The notes under the pieces were generated by a model that made no database searches, was not told the origin of the DNA, and saw nothing but the letters and a program-made list of their open reading frames with translations. 64,000 nt of DNA from Eledone cirrhosa (lineage: Eukaryota). Position 1 is the first letter of the stretch; each line of letters opens with the position of its first letter. The position numbers and the translations under genes were made by a program. The stretch spans positions 1,674,001 to 1,738,000 of the forward strand of contig OZ024744.1 in the NCBI GenBank assembly GCA_964016885.1, in the 5' to 3' direction. This document shows, piece after piece, positions 11,981 to 25,229 of the stretch.

Positions 11981-13647
11981 TTCCCCCAAAACTTCGTTCT
12001 TCACCAAGCTATCTTTCTCTACATTGTCTTCCCCAAAACTTCGTTCTTCACCAAGCTATCTTTCACGACCTTGTCTTCCCTCAAAACGTCGTTCTTCACC
12101 AAGCTATCTTTCTCTACCTTGTCTTCCCCCAAACTTCGTTCTTCACCAAGCTATCTTTCTCTACCTTGTCTTCCCCCAAAACTTCGTTCTTCACCAAGCT
12201 ATCTTTCTCTACCTCGTCTTCCCTCAAAACTTTGTTCTTCACCAAGCTATCTTTCTCTACCTTGTCTTCCCCCAAAACTTCGTTCTTCACCAAGCTATCT
12301 TTCTCTACCTTGTCTTCCCACAAAACGTCATTCTTCACCAAGCTATCTTTCTCTACCTTGTCTTCCCCCAAACTTCGTTCTTCACCAAGCTATCTTTCTC
12401 TACCTTGTCTTCCCCCAAAACTTCGTTCTTCACCAAGCTATCTTTCTCTACCTCGTCTTCCCTCAAAACTTTGTTCTTCACCAAGCTATCTTTCTCTACC
12501 TCGTCTTCCCTCAAAACTTCGTTCTTCACCAAGCTATCTTTCTCTACCTTGTCTTCCCCTAAAACTTCGTTCTTCACCAAGCTATCTTTCTCTACCTTGT
12601 CTTCCCCCAAAACTTCGTTCTTCACCAAGCTATCTTTCTCTACCTTGTCTTCCCCCAAAACTTCGTTCTTCACCAAGCTATCTTTCTCTACCTCGTCTTC
12701 CATCAAAACTTCGTTCTTCACCAAGCTATCTTTCTCTACCTTGTCTTCCCACAAAACGTCATTCTTCACCAAGCTATCTTTCTCTAACTTGTCTTCCCTC
12801 AAAACGTCGTTCTTCACCAAGCTATCTTTCTCTACCTTGTCTTCCCCCAAAACTTCGTTCTTCACCAAGCTATCTTTCTCTACCTTGTCTTCCCCCAAAA
12901 CTTCGTTCTTCAGCAAGCTATCTTTCTCTACCTTGTCTTCCCACAAAACGTCGTTCTTCACCACGCTATCTTTCTCTACCTTGTCTTCCCTCAAAACGTC
13001 GTTCTTCACCAAGCTATCTTTCTCTACCTTGTCTTCCCTCAAAACATCGTTCTTCACCAAGCTATCTTTCTCTACCTTGTCTTCTCCCAAAACTTCGTTA
13101 TTCACCAAGCTATCTTTCTCTACCTTGTCTTCCCTCAAAACTTCGTTCTTCACCAAGCTATCTTTCTCTACCTTGTCTTCCCCCAAAACTTCGTTCCTCA
13201 CCAAGCTATCTTTCTCTACCTCGTCTTCCCTCAAAACTTTGTTCTTCACCAAGCTATCTTTCTCTACCTTGTCTTCCCCCAAAACTTCGTTCTTCACCAA
13301 GCTATCTTTCTCTACCTTGTCTTCCCCCAAAACTTCGTTCTTCACCAAGCTATCTTTCTCTACCTTGTCTTCCCTCAAAACGTCGTTCTTCACCAAGCTA
13401 TCTTTCTCTACCTTGTCTTCCCCCAAAACTTCGTTCTTTACCAAGCTATCTTTCTCTACCTTGTCTTCCCCCAAAACTTCGTTCTTCACCAAGCTATCTT
13501 TCTCAACCTCGTCTTCCCTCAAAACTTCGTTCTTCACCAAGCTATCTTTCTCTACCTTGTCTTCCCCCAAAACTTCGTTCTTCACCAAGTCATCTTTCTC
13601 TACCTTGTCTTCCCACAAAACGTCATTCTTCACCAAGCTATCTTTCT

Positions 13648-16600
13648 CTACCTTGTCTTCCCCCAAACTTCGTTCTTCACCAAGCTATCTTTCTCTACCT
13701 TGTCTTCCCCCAAAACTTCGTTCTTCACCAAGCTATCTTTCTCTACCTCGTCTTCCCTCAAAACTTTGTTCTTCACCAAGCTATCTTTCTCTACCTCGTC
13801 TTCCCTCAAAACTTCGTTCTTCACCAAGCTATCTTTCTCTACCTTGTCTTCCCCTAAAACTTCGTTCTTCACCAAGCTATCTTTCTCTACCTTGTCTTCC
13901 CCCAAAACTTCGTTCTTCACCAAGCTATCTTTCTCTACCTTGTCTTCCCCCAAAACTTCGTTCTTCACCAAGCTATCTTTCTCTACCTTGTCTTCCCTCA
14001 AAACGTCGTTCTTCACCAAGCTATCTTTCTCTACCTTGTCTTCCCCCAAAACTTCGTTCTTCACCAAGCTATCTTTCTCTACCTCGTCTTCCCTCAAAAC
14101 TTCGTTCTTCACCAAGCTATCTTTCTCTACCTTGTCTTCCCACAAAACGTCATTCTTCACCAAGCTATCTTTCTCTAACTTGTCTTCCCTCAAAACGTCG
14201 TTCTTCACCAAGCTATCTTTCTCTACCTTGTCTTCCCCCAAAACTTCGTTCTTCACCAAGCTATCTTTCTCTACCTTGTCTTCCCCAAAAACTTCGTTCT
14301 TCGCAAGCTATCTTTCTCTACCTTGTCTTCCCCCAAAACTTCGTTCTTCAGCAAGCTATCTTTCTCTACCTTGTCTTCCCACAAAACCTCGTTCTTCACC
14401 AAGCTATCTTTCTCTACCTTGTCTTCCCTCAAAACGTCGTTCTTCACCAAGCTATCTTTCTCTACCTTGTCTTCCCTCAAAACATCGTTCTTCACCAAGC
14501 TATCTTTCTCTACCTTGTCTTCTCCCAAAACTTCGTTATTCACCAAGCTATCTTTCTCTACCTTGTCTTCCCTCAAAACTTCGTTCTTCACCAAGCTATC
14601 TTTCTCTACCTTGTCTTCCCCCAAAACTTCGTTCTTCACCAAGCTATCTTTCTCTACCTTGTCTTCCCCCAAAACTTCGTTCTTCACCAAGCTATCTTTC
14701 TCTAGCTTGTCTTCACACAAAACTTCGTTCTTCACCAAGCTATCTTTCTCTACCTTGTCTTCCCACAAAACGTCATTATTCACCAAGCTATCTTTCTCTA
14801 CCTTGTCTTCCGTCGAAACTTCGTTCTTCACCAAGATATCTTTCTCTACCTTGTTTTCTCCCAAAACTTCGTTCTTCACAAAGCTATCTTTCTCTACCTT
14901 GTCTTCCCTCAGAACATCGTTCTTCACCAAGCTATCTTTCTCTACCTTGTCTTCCCTCAAAACGTCGTTCTTCACCAAGCTATCTTTCTCTACCTTGTCT
15001 TCCCTCAAAACATCGTTCTTCACCAAGCTATCTTTCTCTACCTTGTCTTCTCCCAAAACTTCGTTATTCACCAAGCTATCTTTCTCTACCTTGTCTTCCC
15101 TCAAAACTTCGTTCTTCACCAAGCTATCTTTCTCTACCTTGTCTTCCCCCAAAACTTCGTTCTTCACCAAGCTATCTTTCTCTACCTTGTCTTCCCCCAA
15201 AACTTCGTTCTTCACCAAGCTATCTTTCTCTACCTTGTCTTCCCTCAAAACGTCGTTCTTCACCAAGCTATCTTTCTCTACCTCGTCTTCCCTCAAAACT
15301 TCGTTCTTCACCAAGCTATCTTTCTCTACCTTGTCTTCCCCTAAAACTTCGTTCTTCACCAAGTCATCTTTCTCTACCTTGTCTTCCCACAAAACGTCAT
15401 TCTTCACCAAGCTATCTTTCTCTACCTTGTCTTCCCCCAAACTTCGTTCTTCACCAAGCTATCTTTCTCTACCTTGTCTTCCCCCAAAACTTCGTTCTTC
15501 ACCAAGCTATCTTTCTCTACCTCGTCTTCCCTCAAAACTTTGTTCTTCACCAAGCTATCTTTCTCTACCTCGTCTTCCCTCAAAACTTCGTTCTTCACCA
15601 AGCTATCTTTCTCTACCTTGTCTTCCCCTAAAACTTCGTTCTTCACCAAGCTATCTTTCTCTACCTTGTCTTCCCCCAAAACTTCGTTCTTCACCAAGCT
15701 ATCTTTCTCTACCTTGTCTTCCCCCAAAACTTCGTTCTTCACCAAGCTATCTTTCTCTACCTTGTCTTCCCTCAAAACGTCGTTCTTCACCAAGCTATCT
15801 TTCTCTACCTTGTCTTCCCCCAAAACTTCGTTCTTCACCAAGCTATCTTTCTCTACCTCGTCTTCCCTCAAAACTTCGTTCTTCACCAAGCTATCTTTCT
15901 CTACCTTGTCTTCCCACAAAACGTCATTCTTCACCAAGCTATCTTTCTCTACCTCGTCTTCCCTCAAAACTTTGTTCTTCACCAAGCTATCTTTCTCTAC
16001 CTCGTCTTCCCTCAAAACTTCGTTCTTCACCAAGCTATCTTTCTCTACCTTGTCTTCCCCTAAAACTTCGTTCTTCACCAAGCTATCTTTCTCTACCTTG
16101 TCTTCCCCCAAAACTTCGTTCTTCACCAAGCTATCTTTCTCTACCTTGTCTTCCCTCAAAACGTCGTTCTTCACCAAGCTATCTTTCTCTACCTTGTCTT
16201 CCCCCAAAACTTCGTTCTTCACCAAGCTATCTTTCTCTACCTTGTCTTCCCCCAAAACTTCGTTCTTCACCAAGCTATCTTTCTCTACCTCGTCTTCCCT
16301 CAAAACTTCGTTCTTCACCAAGCTATCTTTCTCTACCTTGTCTTCCCCCAAAACTTCGTTCTTCACCAAGTCATCTTTCTCTACCTTGTCTTCCCACAAA
16401 ACGTCATTCTTCACCAAGCTATCTTTCTCTACCTTGTCTTCCCCCAAACTTCGTTCTTCACCAAGCTATCTTTCTCTACCTTGTCTTCCCCCAAAACTTC
16501 GTTCTTCACCAAGCTATCTTTCTCTACCTCGTCTTCCCTCAAAACTTTGTTCTTCACCAAGCTATCTTTCTCTACCTCGTCTTCCCTCAAAACTTCGTTC

Positions 16601-19600
16601 TTCACCAAGCTATCTTTCTCTACCTTGTCTTCCCCTAAAACTTCGTTCTTCACCAAGCTATCTTTCTCTACCTTGTCTTCCCCCAAAACTTCGTTCTTCA
16701 CCAAGCTATCTTTCTCTACCTTGTCTTCCCCCAAAACTTCGTTCTTCACCAAGCTATCTTTCTCTACCTTGTCTTCCCTCAAAACGTCGTTCTTCACCAA
16801 GCTATCTTTCTCTACCTTGTCTTCCCCCAAAACTTCGTTCTTCACCAAGCTATCTTTCTCTACCTCGTCTTCCCTCAAAACTTTGTTCTTCACCAAGCTA
16901 TCTTTCTCTACCTCGTCTTCCCTCAAAACTTCGTTCTTCACCAAGCTATCTTTCTCTACCTTGTCTTCCCCTAAAACTTCGTTCTTCACCAAGCTATCTT
17001 TCTCTACCTTGTCTTCCCCCAAAACTTCGTTCTTCACCAAGCTATCTTTCTCTACCTTGTCTTCCCCCAAAACTTCGTTCTTCACCAAGCTATCTTTCTC
17101 TACCTTGTCTTCCCTCAAAACGTCGTTCTTCACCAAGCTATCTTTCTCTACCTTGTCTTCCCCCAAAACTTCGTTCTTCACCAAGCTATCTTTCTCTACC
17201 TCGTCTTCCCTCAAAACTTCGTTCTTCACCAAGCTATCTTTCTCTACCTTGTCTTCCCACAAAACGTCATTCTTCACCAAGCTATCTTTCTCTAACTTGT
17301 CTTCCCTCAAAACGTCGTTCTTCACCAAGCTATCTTTCTCTACCTTGTCTTCCCCCAAAACTTCGTTCTTCACCAAGCTATCTTTCTCTACCTTGTCTTC
17401 CCCAAAAACTTCGTTCTTCGCAAGCTATCTTTCTCTACCTTGTCTTCCCCCAAAACTTCGTTCTTCAGCAAGCTATCTTTCTCTACCTTGTCTTCCCACA
17501 AAACCTCGTTCTTCACCAAGCTATCTTTCTCTACCTTGTCTTCCCTCAAAACGTCGTTCTTCACCAAGCTATCTTTCTCTACCTTGTCTTCCCTCAAAAC
17601 ATCGTTCTTCACCAAGCTATCTTTCTCTACCTTGTCTTCTCCCAAAACTTCGTTATTCACCAAGCTATCTTTCTCTACCTTGTCTTCCCTCAAAACTTCG
17701 TTCTTCACCAAGCTATCTTTCTCTACCTTGTCTTCCCCCAAAACTTCGTTCTTCACCAAGCTATCTTTCTCTACCTTGTCTTCCCCCAAAACTTCGTTCT
17801 TCACCAAGCTATCTTTCTCTAGCTTGTCTTCACACAAAACTTCGTTCTTCACCAAGCTATCTTTCTCTACCTTGTCTTCCCACAAAACGTCATTATTCAC
17901 CAAGCTATCTTTCTCTACCTTGTCTTCCGTCGAAACTTCGTTCTTCACCAAGATATCTTTCTCTACCTTGTTTTCTCCCAAAACTTCGTTCTTCACAAAG
18001 CTATCTTTCTCTACCTTGTCTTCCCTCAGAACATCGTTCTTCACCAAGCTATCTTTCTCTACCTTGTCTTCCCTCAAAACGTCGTTCTTCACCAAGCTAT
18101 CTTTCTCTACCTTGTCTTCCCTCAAAACATCGTTCTTCACCAAGCTATCTTTCTCTACCTTGTCTCCTCCCAAAACTTCGTTATTCACCAAGCTATCTTT
18201 CTCTACCTTGTCTTCCCTCAAAACTTCGTTCTTCACCAAGCTATCTTTCTCTACCTTGTCTTCCCCCAAAACTTCGTTCTTCACCAAGCTATCTTTCTCT
18301 ACCTTGTCTTCCCCCAAAACTTCGTTCTTCACCAAGCTATCTTTCTCTACCTTGTCTTCCCTCAAAACGTCGTTCTTCACCAAGCTATCTTTCTCTACCT
18401 CGTCTTCCCTCAAAACTTCGTTCTTCACCAAGCTATCTTTCTCTACCTTGTCTTCCCCTAAAACTTCGTTCTTCACCAAGTCATCTTTCTCTACCTTGTC
18501 TTCCCACAAAACGTCATTCTTCACCAAGCTATCTTTCTCTACCTTGTCTTCCCCCAAACTTCGTTCTTCACCAAGCTATCTTTCTCTACCTTGTCTTCCC
18601 CCAAAACTTCGTTCTTCACCAAGCTATCTTTCTCTACCTCGTCTTCCCTCAAAACTTTGTTCTTCACCAAGCTATCTTTCTCTACCTCGTCTTCCCTCAA
18701 AACTTCGTTCTTCACCAAGCTATCTTTCTCTACCTTGTCTTCCCCTAAAACTTCGTTCTTCACCAAGCTATCTTTCTCTACCTTGTCTTCCCCCAAAACT
18801 TCGTTCTTCACCAAGCTATCTTTCTCTACCTTGTCTTCCCCCAAAACTTCGTTCTTCACCAAGCTATCTTTCTCTACCTTGTCTTCCCTCAAAACGTCGT
18901 TCTTCACCAAGCTATCTTTCTCTACCTTGTCTTCCCCCAAAACTTCGTTCTTCACCAAGCTATCTTTCTCTACCTCGTCTTCCCTCAAAACTTCGTTCTT
19001 CACCAAGCTATCTTTCTCTACCTTGTCTTCCCACAAAACGTCATTCTTCACCAAGCTATCTTTCTCTACCTCGTCTTCCCTCAAAACTTTGTTCTTCACC
19101 AAGCTATCTTTCTCTACCTCGTCTTCCCTCAAAACTTCGTTCTTCACCAAGCTATCTTTCTCTACCTTGTCTTCCCCTAAAACTTCGTTCTTCACCAAGC
19201 TATCTTTCTCTACCTTGTCTTCCCCCAAAACTTCGTTCTTCACCAAGCTATCTTTCTCTACCTTGTCTTCCCTCAAAACGTCGTTCTTCACCAAGCTATC
19301 TTTCTCTACCTTGTCTTCCCCCAAAACTTCGTTCTTCACCAAGCTATCTTTCTCTACCTTGTCTTCCCCCAAAACTTCGTTCTTCACCAAGCTATCTTTC
19401 TCTACCTCGTCTTCCCTCAAAACTTCGTTCTTCACCAAGCTATCTTTCTCTACCTTGTCTTCCCCCAAAACTTCGTTCTTCACCAAGTCATCTTTCTCTA
19501 CCTTGTCTTCCCACAAAACGTCATTCTTCACCAAGCTATCTTTCTCTACCTTGTCTTCCCCCAAACTTCGTTCTTCACCAAGCTATCTTTCTCTACCTTG

Positions 19601-22600
19601 TCTTCCCCCAAAACTTCGTTCTTCACCAAGCTATCTTTCTCTACCTCGTCTTCCCTCAAAACTTTGTTCTTCACCAAGCTATCTTTCTCTACCTCGTCTT
19701 CCCTCAAAACTTCGTTCTTCACCAAGCTATCTTTCTCTACCTTGTCTTCCCCTAAAACTTCGTTCTTCACCAAGCTATCTTTCTCTACCTTGTCTTCCCC
19801 CAAAACTTCGTTCTTCACCAAGCTATCTTTCTCTACCTTGTCTTCCCCCAAAACTTCGTTCTTCACCAAGCTATCTTTCTCTACCTTGTCTTCCCTCAAA
19901 ACGTCGTTCTTCACCAAGCTATCTTTCTCTACCTTGTCTTCCCCCAAAACTTCGTTCTTCACCAAGCTATCTTTCTCTACCTCGTCTTCCCTCAAAACTT
20001 CGTTCTTCACCAAGCTATCTTTCTCTACCTTGTCTTCCCACAAAACGTCATTCTTCACCAAGCTATCTTTCTCTAACTTGTCTTCCCTCAAAACGTCGTT
20101 CTTCACCAAGCTATCTTTCTCTACCTTGTCTTCCCCCAAAACTTCGTTCTTCACCAAGCTATCTTTCTCTACCTTGTCTTCCCCCAAAACTTCGTTCTTC
20201 GCAAGCTATCTTTCTCTACCTTGTCTTCCCCCAAAACTTCGTTCTTCAGCAAGCTATCTTTCTCTACCTTGTCTTCCCACAAAACGTCGTTCTTCACCAA
20301 GCTATCTTTCTCTACCTTGTCTTCCCTCAAAACGTCGTTCTTCACCAAGCTATCTTTCTCTACCTTGTCTTCCCTCAAAACATCGTTCTTCACCAAGCTA
20401 TCTTTCTCTACCTTGTCTTCTCCCAAAACTTCGTTATTCACCAAGCTATCTTTCTCTACCTTGTCTTCCCTCAAAACTTCGTTCTTCACCAAGCTATCTT
20501 TCTCTACCTTGTCTTCCCCCAAAACTTCGTTCTTCACCAAGCTATCTTTCTCTACCTTGTCTTCCCCCAAAACTTCGTTCTTCACCAAGCTATCTTTCTC
20601 TAGCTTGTCTTCACACAAAACTTCGTTCTTCACCAAGCTATCTTTCTCTACCTTGTCTTCCCACAAAACGTCATTATTCACAAAGCTATCTTTCTCTACC
20701 TTGTCTTCCGTCGAAACTTCGTTCTTCACCAAGATATCTTTCTCTACCTTGTTTTCTCCCAAAACTTCGTTCTTCACCAAGCTATCTTTCTCTACCTTGT
20801 CTTCCCTCAGAACATCGTTCTTCACCAAGCTATCTTTCTCTACCTTGTCTTCCCTCAAAACGTCGTTCTTCACCAAGCTATCTTTCTCTACCTTGTCTTC
20901 CCTCAAAACATCGTTCTTCACCAAGCTATCTTTCTCTACCTTGTCTTCTCCCAAAACTTCGTTATTCACCAAGCTATCTTTCTCTACCTTGTCTTCCCTC
21001 AAAACTTCGTTCTTCACCAAGCTATCTTTCTCTACCTTGTCTTCCCCCAAAACTTCGTTCTTCACCAAGCTATCTTTCTCTACCTTGTCTTCCCCCAAAA
21101 CTTCGTTCTTCACCAAGCTATCTTTCTCTACCTTGTCTTCCCTCAAAACGTCGTTCTTCACCAAGCTATCTTTCTCTACCTCGTCTTCCCTCAAAACTTC
21201 GTTCTTCACCAAGCTATCTTTCTCTACCTTGTCTTCCCCTAAAACTTCGTTCTTCACCAAGTCATCTTTCTCTACCTTGTCTTCCCACAAAACGTCATTC
21301 TTCACCAAGCTATCTTTCTCTACCTTGTCTTCCCCCAAACTTCGTTCTTCACCAAGCTATCTTTCTCTACCTTGTCTTCCCCCAAAACTTCGTTCTTCAC
21401 CAAGCTATCTTTCTCTACCTCGTCTTCCCTCAAAACTTTGTTCTTCACCAAGCTATCTTTCTCTACCTCGTCTTCCCTCAAAACTTCGTTCTTCACCAAG
21501 CTATCTTTCTCTACCTTGTCTTCCCCTAAAACTTCGTTCTTCACCAAGCTATCTTTCTCTACCTTGTCTTCCCCCAAAACTTCGTTCTTCACCAAGCTAT
21601 CTTTCTCTACCTTGTCTTCCCCCAAAACTTCGTTCTTCACCAAGCTATCTTTCTCTACCTTGTCTTCCCTCAAAACGTCGTTCTTCACCAAGCTATCTTT
21701 CTCTACCTTGTCTTCCCCCAAAACTTCGTTCTTCACCAAGCTATCTTTCTCTACCTCGTCTTCCCTCAAAACTTCGTTCTTCACCAAGCTATCTTTCTCT
21801 ACCTTGTCTTCCCACAAAACGTCATTCTTCACCAAGCTATCTTTCTCTACCTCGTCTTCCCTCAAAACTTTGTTCTTCACCAAGCTATCTTTCTCTACCT
21901 CGTCTTCCCTCAAAACTTCGTTCTTCACCAAGCTATCTTTCTCTACCTTGTCTTCCCCTAAAACTTCGTTCTTCACCAAGCTATCTTTCTCTACCTTGTC
22001 TTCCCCCAAAACTTCGTTCTTCACCAAGCTATCTTTCTCTACCTTGTCTTCCCTCAAAACGTCGTTCTTCACCAAGCTATCTTTCTCTACCTTGTCTTCC
22101 CCCAAAACTTCGTTCTTCACCAAGCTATCTTTCTCTACCTTGTCTTCCCCCAAAACTTCGTTCTTCACCAAGCTATCTTTCTCTACCTCGTCTTCCCTCA
22201 AAACTTCGTTCTTCACCAAGCTATCTTTCTCTACCTTGTCTTCCCCCAAAACTTCGTTCTTCACCAAGTCATCTTTCTCTACCTTGTCTTCCCACAAAAC
22301 GTCATTCTTCACCAAGCTATCTTTCTCTACCTTGTCTTCCCCCAAACTTCGTTCTTCACCAAGCTATCTTTCTCTACCTTGTCTTCCCCCAAAACTTCGT
22401 TCTTCACCAAGCTATCTTTCTCTACCTCGTCTTCCCTCAAAACTTTGTTCTTCACCAAGCTATCTTTCTCTACCTCGTCTTCCCTCAAATCTTCGTTCTT
22501 CACCAAGCTATCTTTCTCTACCTTGTCTTCCCCTAAAACTTCGTTCTTCACCAAGCTATCTTTCTCTACCTTGTCTTCCCCCAAAACTTCGTTCTTCACC

Positions 22601-23610
22601 AAGCTATCTTTCTCTACCTTGTCTTCCCCCAAAACTTCGTTCTTCACCAAGCTATCTTTCTCTACCTTGTCTTCCCTCAAAACGTCGTTCTTCACCAAGC
22701 TATCTTTCTCTACCTTGTCTTCCCCCAAAACTTCGTTCTTCACCAAGCTATCTTTCTCTACCTCGTCTTCCCTCAAAACTTCGTTCTTCACCAAGCTATC
22801 TTTCTCTACCTTGTCTTCCCACAAAACGTCATTCTTCACCAAGCTATCTTTCTCTAACTTGTCTTCCCTCAAAACGTCGTTCTTCACCAAGCTATCTTTC
22901 TCTACCTTGTCTTCCCCCAAAACTTCGTTCTTCACCAAGCTATCTTTCTCTACCTTGTCTTCCCCCAAAACTTCGTTCTTCGCAAGCTATCTTTCTCTAC
23001 CTTGTCTTCCCCCAAAACTTCGTTCTTCAGCAAGCTATCTTTCTCTACCTTGTCTTCCCACAAAACGTCGTTCTTCACCAAGCTATCTTTCTCTACCTTG
23101 TCTTCCCTCAAAACGTCGTTCTTCACCAAGCTATCTTTCTCTACCTTGTCTTCCCTCAAAACATCGTTCTTCACCAAGCTATCTTTCTCTACCTTGTCTT
23201 CTCCCAAAACTTCGTTATTCACCAAGCTATCTTTCTCTACCTTGTCTTCCCTCAAAACTTCGTTCTTCACCAAGCTATCTTTCTCTACCTTGTCTTCCCC
23301 CAAAACTTCGTTCTTCACCAAGCTATCTTTCTCTACCTTGTCTTCCCCCAAAACTTCGTTCTTCACCAAGCTATCTTTCTCTAGCTTGTCTTCACACAAA
23401 ACTTCGTTCTTCACCAAGCTATCTTTCTCTACCTTGTCTTCCCACAAAACGTCATTATTCACCAAGCTATCTTTCTCTACCTTGTCTTCCGTCGAAACTT
23501 CGTTCTTCACCAAGATATCTTTCTCTACCTTGTTTTCTCCCAAAACTTCGTTCTTCACCAAGCTATCTTTCTCTACCTTGTCTTCCCTCAGAACATCGTT
23601 CTTCACCAAG
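13648..23610. repeat. 58-monomer higher-order repeat (2781 bp = 13+24+21 monomers, three 47-bp units), about 3.5 tandem copies; copy 2 is 3117 bp
   Basis: Equivalent frameshift landmarks lie at 13648, 16429 (+2781), 19546 (+3117) and 22327 (+2781). Internal spacings are 623, 1151 and 1007 bp (13, 24 and 21 x 48 - 1). The 341-aa minus ORFs at 15422/18539/21320 are identical. Confidence 0.93.
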
Positions 23611-25229
23611 CTATCTGTCTCTACCTTGTCTTCCCTCAAAACGTCGTTCTTCACGAAGCTATCTTTCTCTACCTTGTCTTCCCTCAAAACTTCGTTCTTC
23701 ACCAAGCTATCTTTCTCTACCTTGTCTTCCCCCAAAACTTCGTTCTTCACCAAGCTATCTTTCTCTACCTTGTCTTCCCCCAAAACTTCGTTCTTCACCA
23801 AGCTATATTTCTCTACCTTGTCTTCGCCCAAAACTTCTTTCTTCACCAAGTCATCTTTCTCTACCTTGTCATCCCTCAAAACTTCGTTCTTCACCAATCT
23901 ATCTTTCTCTGCCTTGTCTTCCCCCAAAACTTCGTTCTTCACCAAGCTATCTTTCTCTACCTTGTCTTCACACAAAACTTCGTTCTTCACCAAGCTATCT
24001 TTCTCTACCTTGTCTTCCCACAAAACGTCATTCTTCACCAAGCTATCTTTCTCTACCTTGTCTTCCGTCAAAACTTCGTTCTTCACCAAGATATCTTTCT
24101 CTACCTTGTCTTCTCCCAAAACTTCGTTCTTCACCAAGCTATCTTTCTCTACCTTGTCTTCCCTCAGAACTTCGTTCTTCACCAAGCTATCTTTCTCTAC
24201 CTTGTCTTCCCCAAAAACTTCGTTCTTCACCAAGCTATCTTTCTCTACATTGTCTTCCCCAAAACATCGTTCTTCACCAAGCTATCTTTCTCTACCTTGT
24301 CTTTCATCAAAACGTCGTTCTTCACCAAGCTCTCTTTCTCTACCTTGTCTTCCCCCAAAACTTCGTTCTTCACCAAGCTATCTTTCTCTACCTCGTCTTC
24401 CATCAAAACTTCGTTCTTCACCAAGCTATCTTTCTCTACCTTGCCTTCCCACAAAACGTCATTCTTCACCAAGCTATCTTTCTCTAACTTGTCTTCCCTC
24501 AAAACGTCGTTCTTCACCAAGCTATCTTTCTCTACCTTGTTTTCCCCCAAAACTTCGTTCTTCACCAAGCTATCTTTCTCTACCTTGTCTTCCCCCAAAA
24601 CTTCGTTCTTCGCAAGCTATCTTTCTCTACCTTGTCTTCCCCCAAAACTTCGTTCTTCAGCAAGCTATCTTTCTCTACCTTGTCTTCCCACAAAACGTCG
24701 TTCTTCACCAAGCTATCTTTCTCTACCTTGTCTTCCCTCAAAACGTCGTTCTTCACCAAGCTATCTTTCTCTACCTTGTCTTCCCTCAAAACATCGTTCT
24801 TCACCAAGCTATCTTTCTCTACCTTGTCTTCTCCCAAAACTTCGTTATTCACCAAGCTATCTTTCTCTACCTTGTCTTCCCTCAAAACTTCGTTCTTCAC
24901 CAAGCTATCTTTCTCTACCTTGTCTTCCCCCAAAACTTCGTTCTTCACCAAGCTATCTTTCTCTACCTCGTCTTCCCTCAAAACTTTGTTCTTCACCAAG
25001 CTATCTTTCTCTACCTTGTCTTCCCCCAAAACTTCGTTCTTCACCAAGCTATCTTTCTCTACCTTGTCTTCCCCCAAAACTTCGTTCTTCACCAAGCTAT
25101 CTTTCTCTACCTCGTCTTCCCTCAAAACTTTGTTCTTCACCAAGCTATCTTTCTCTACCTTGTCTTCCCCCAAAACTTCGTTCTTCACCAAGCTATCTTT
25201 CTCTACCTTGTCTTCCCCCAAAACTTCGT

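Noticed and set aside
14-12562. 4182-aa + strand ORF and the other giant + ORFs (e.g. 47458..55569, 54983..62857)
   Set aside because: The consensus has no TAA/TAG/TGA on the + strand, so all three frames are open by default. The ORFs overlap each other, cycle through three repeat peptides at each 1-bp deletion, start mostly at TTG and end only at sporadic variants (cccTAA, tcTAG, tcTAA, TGAat).
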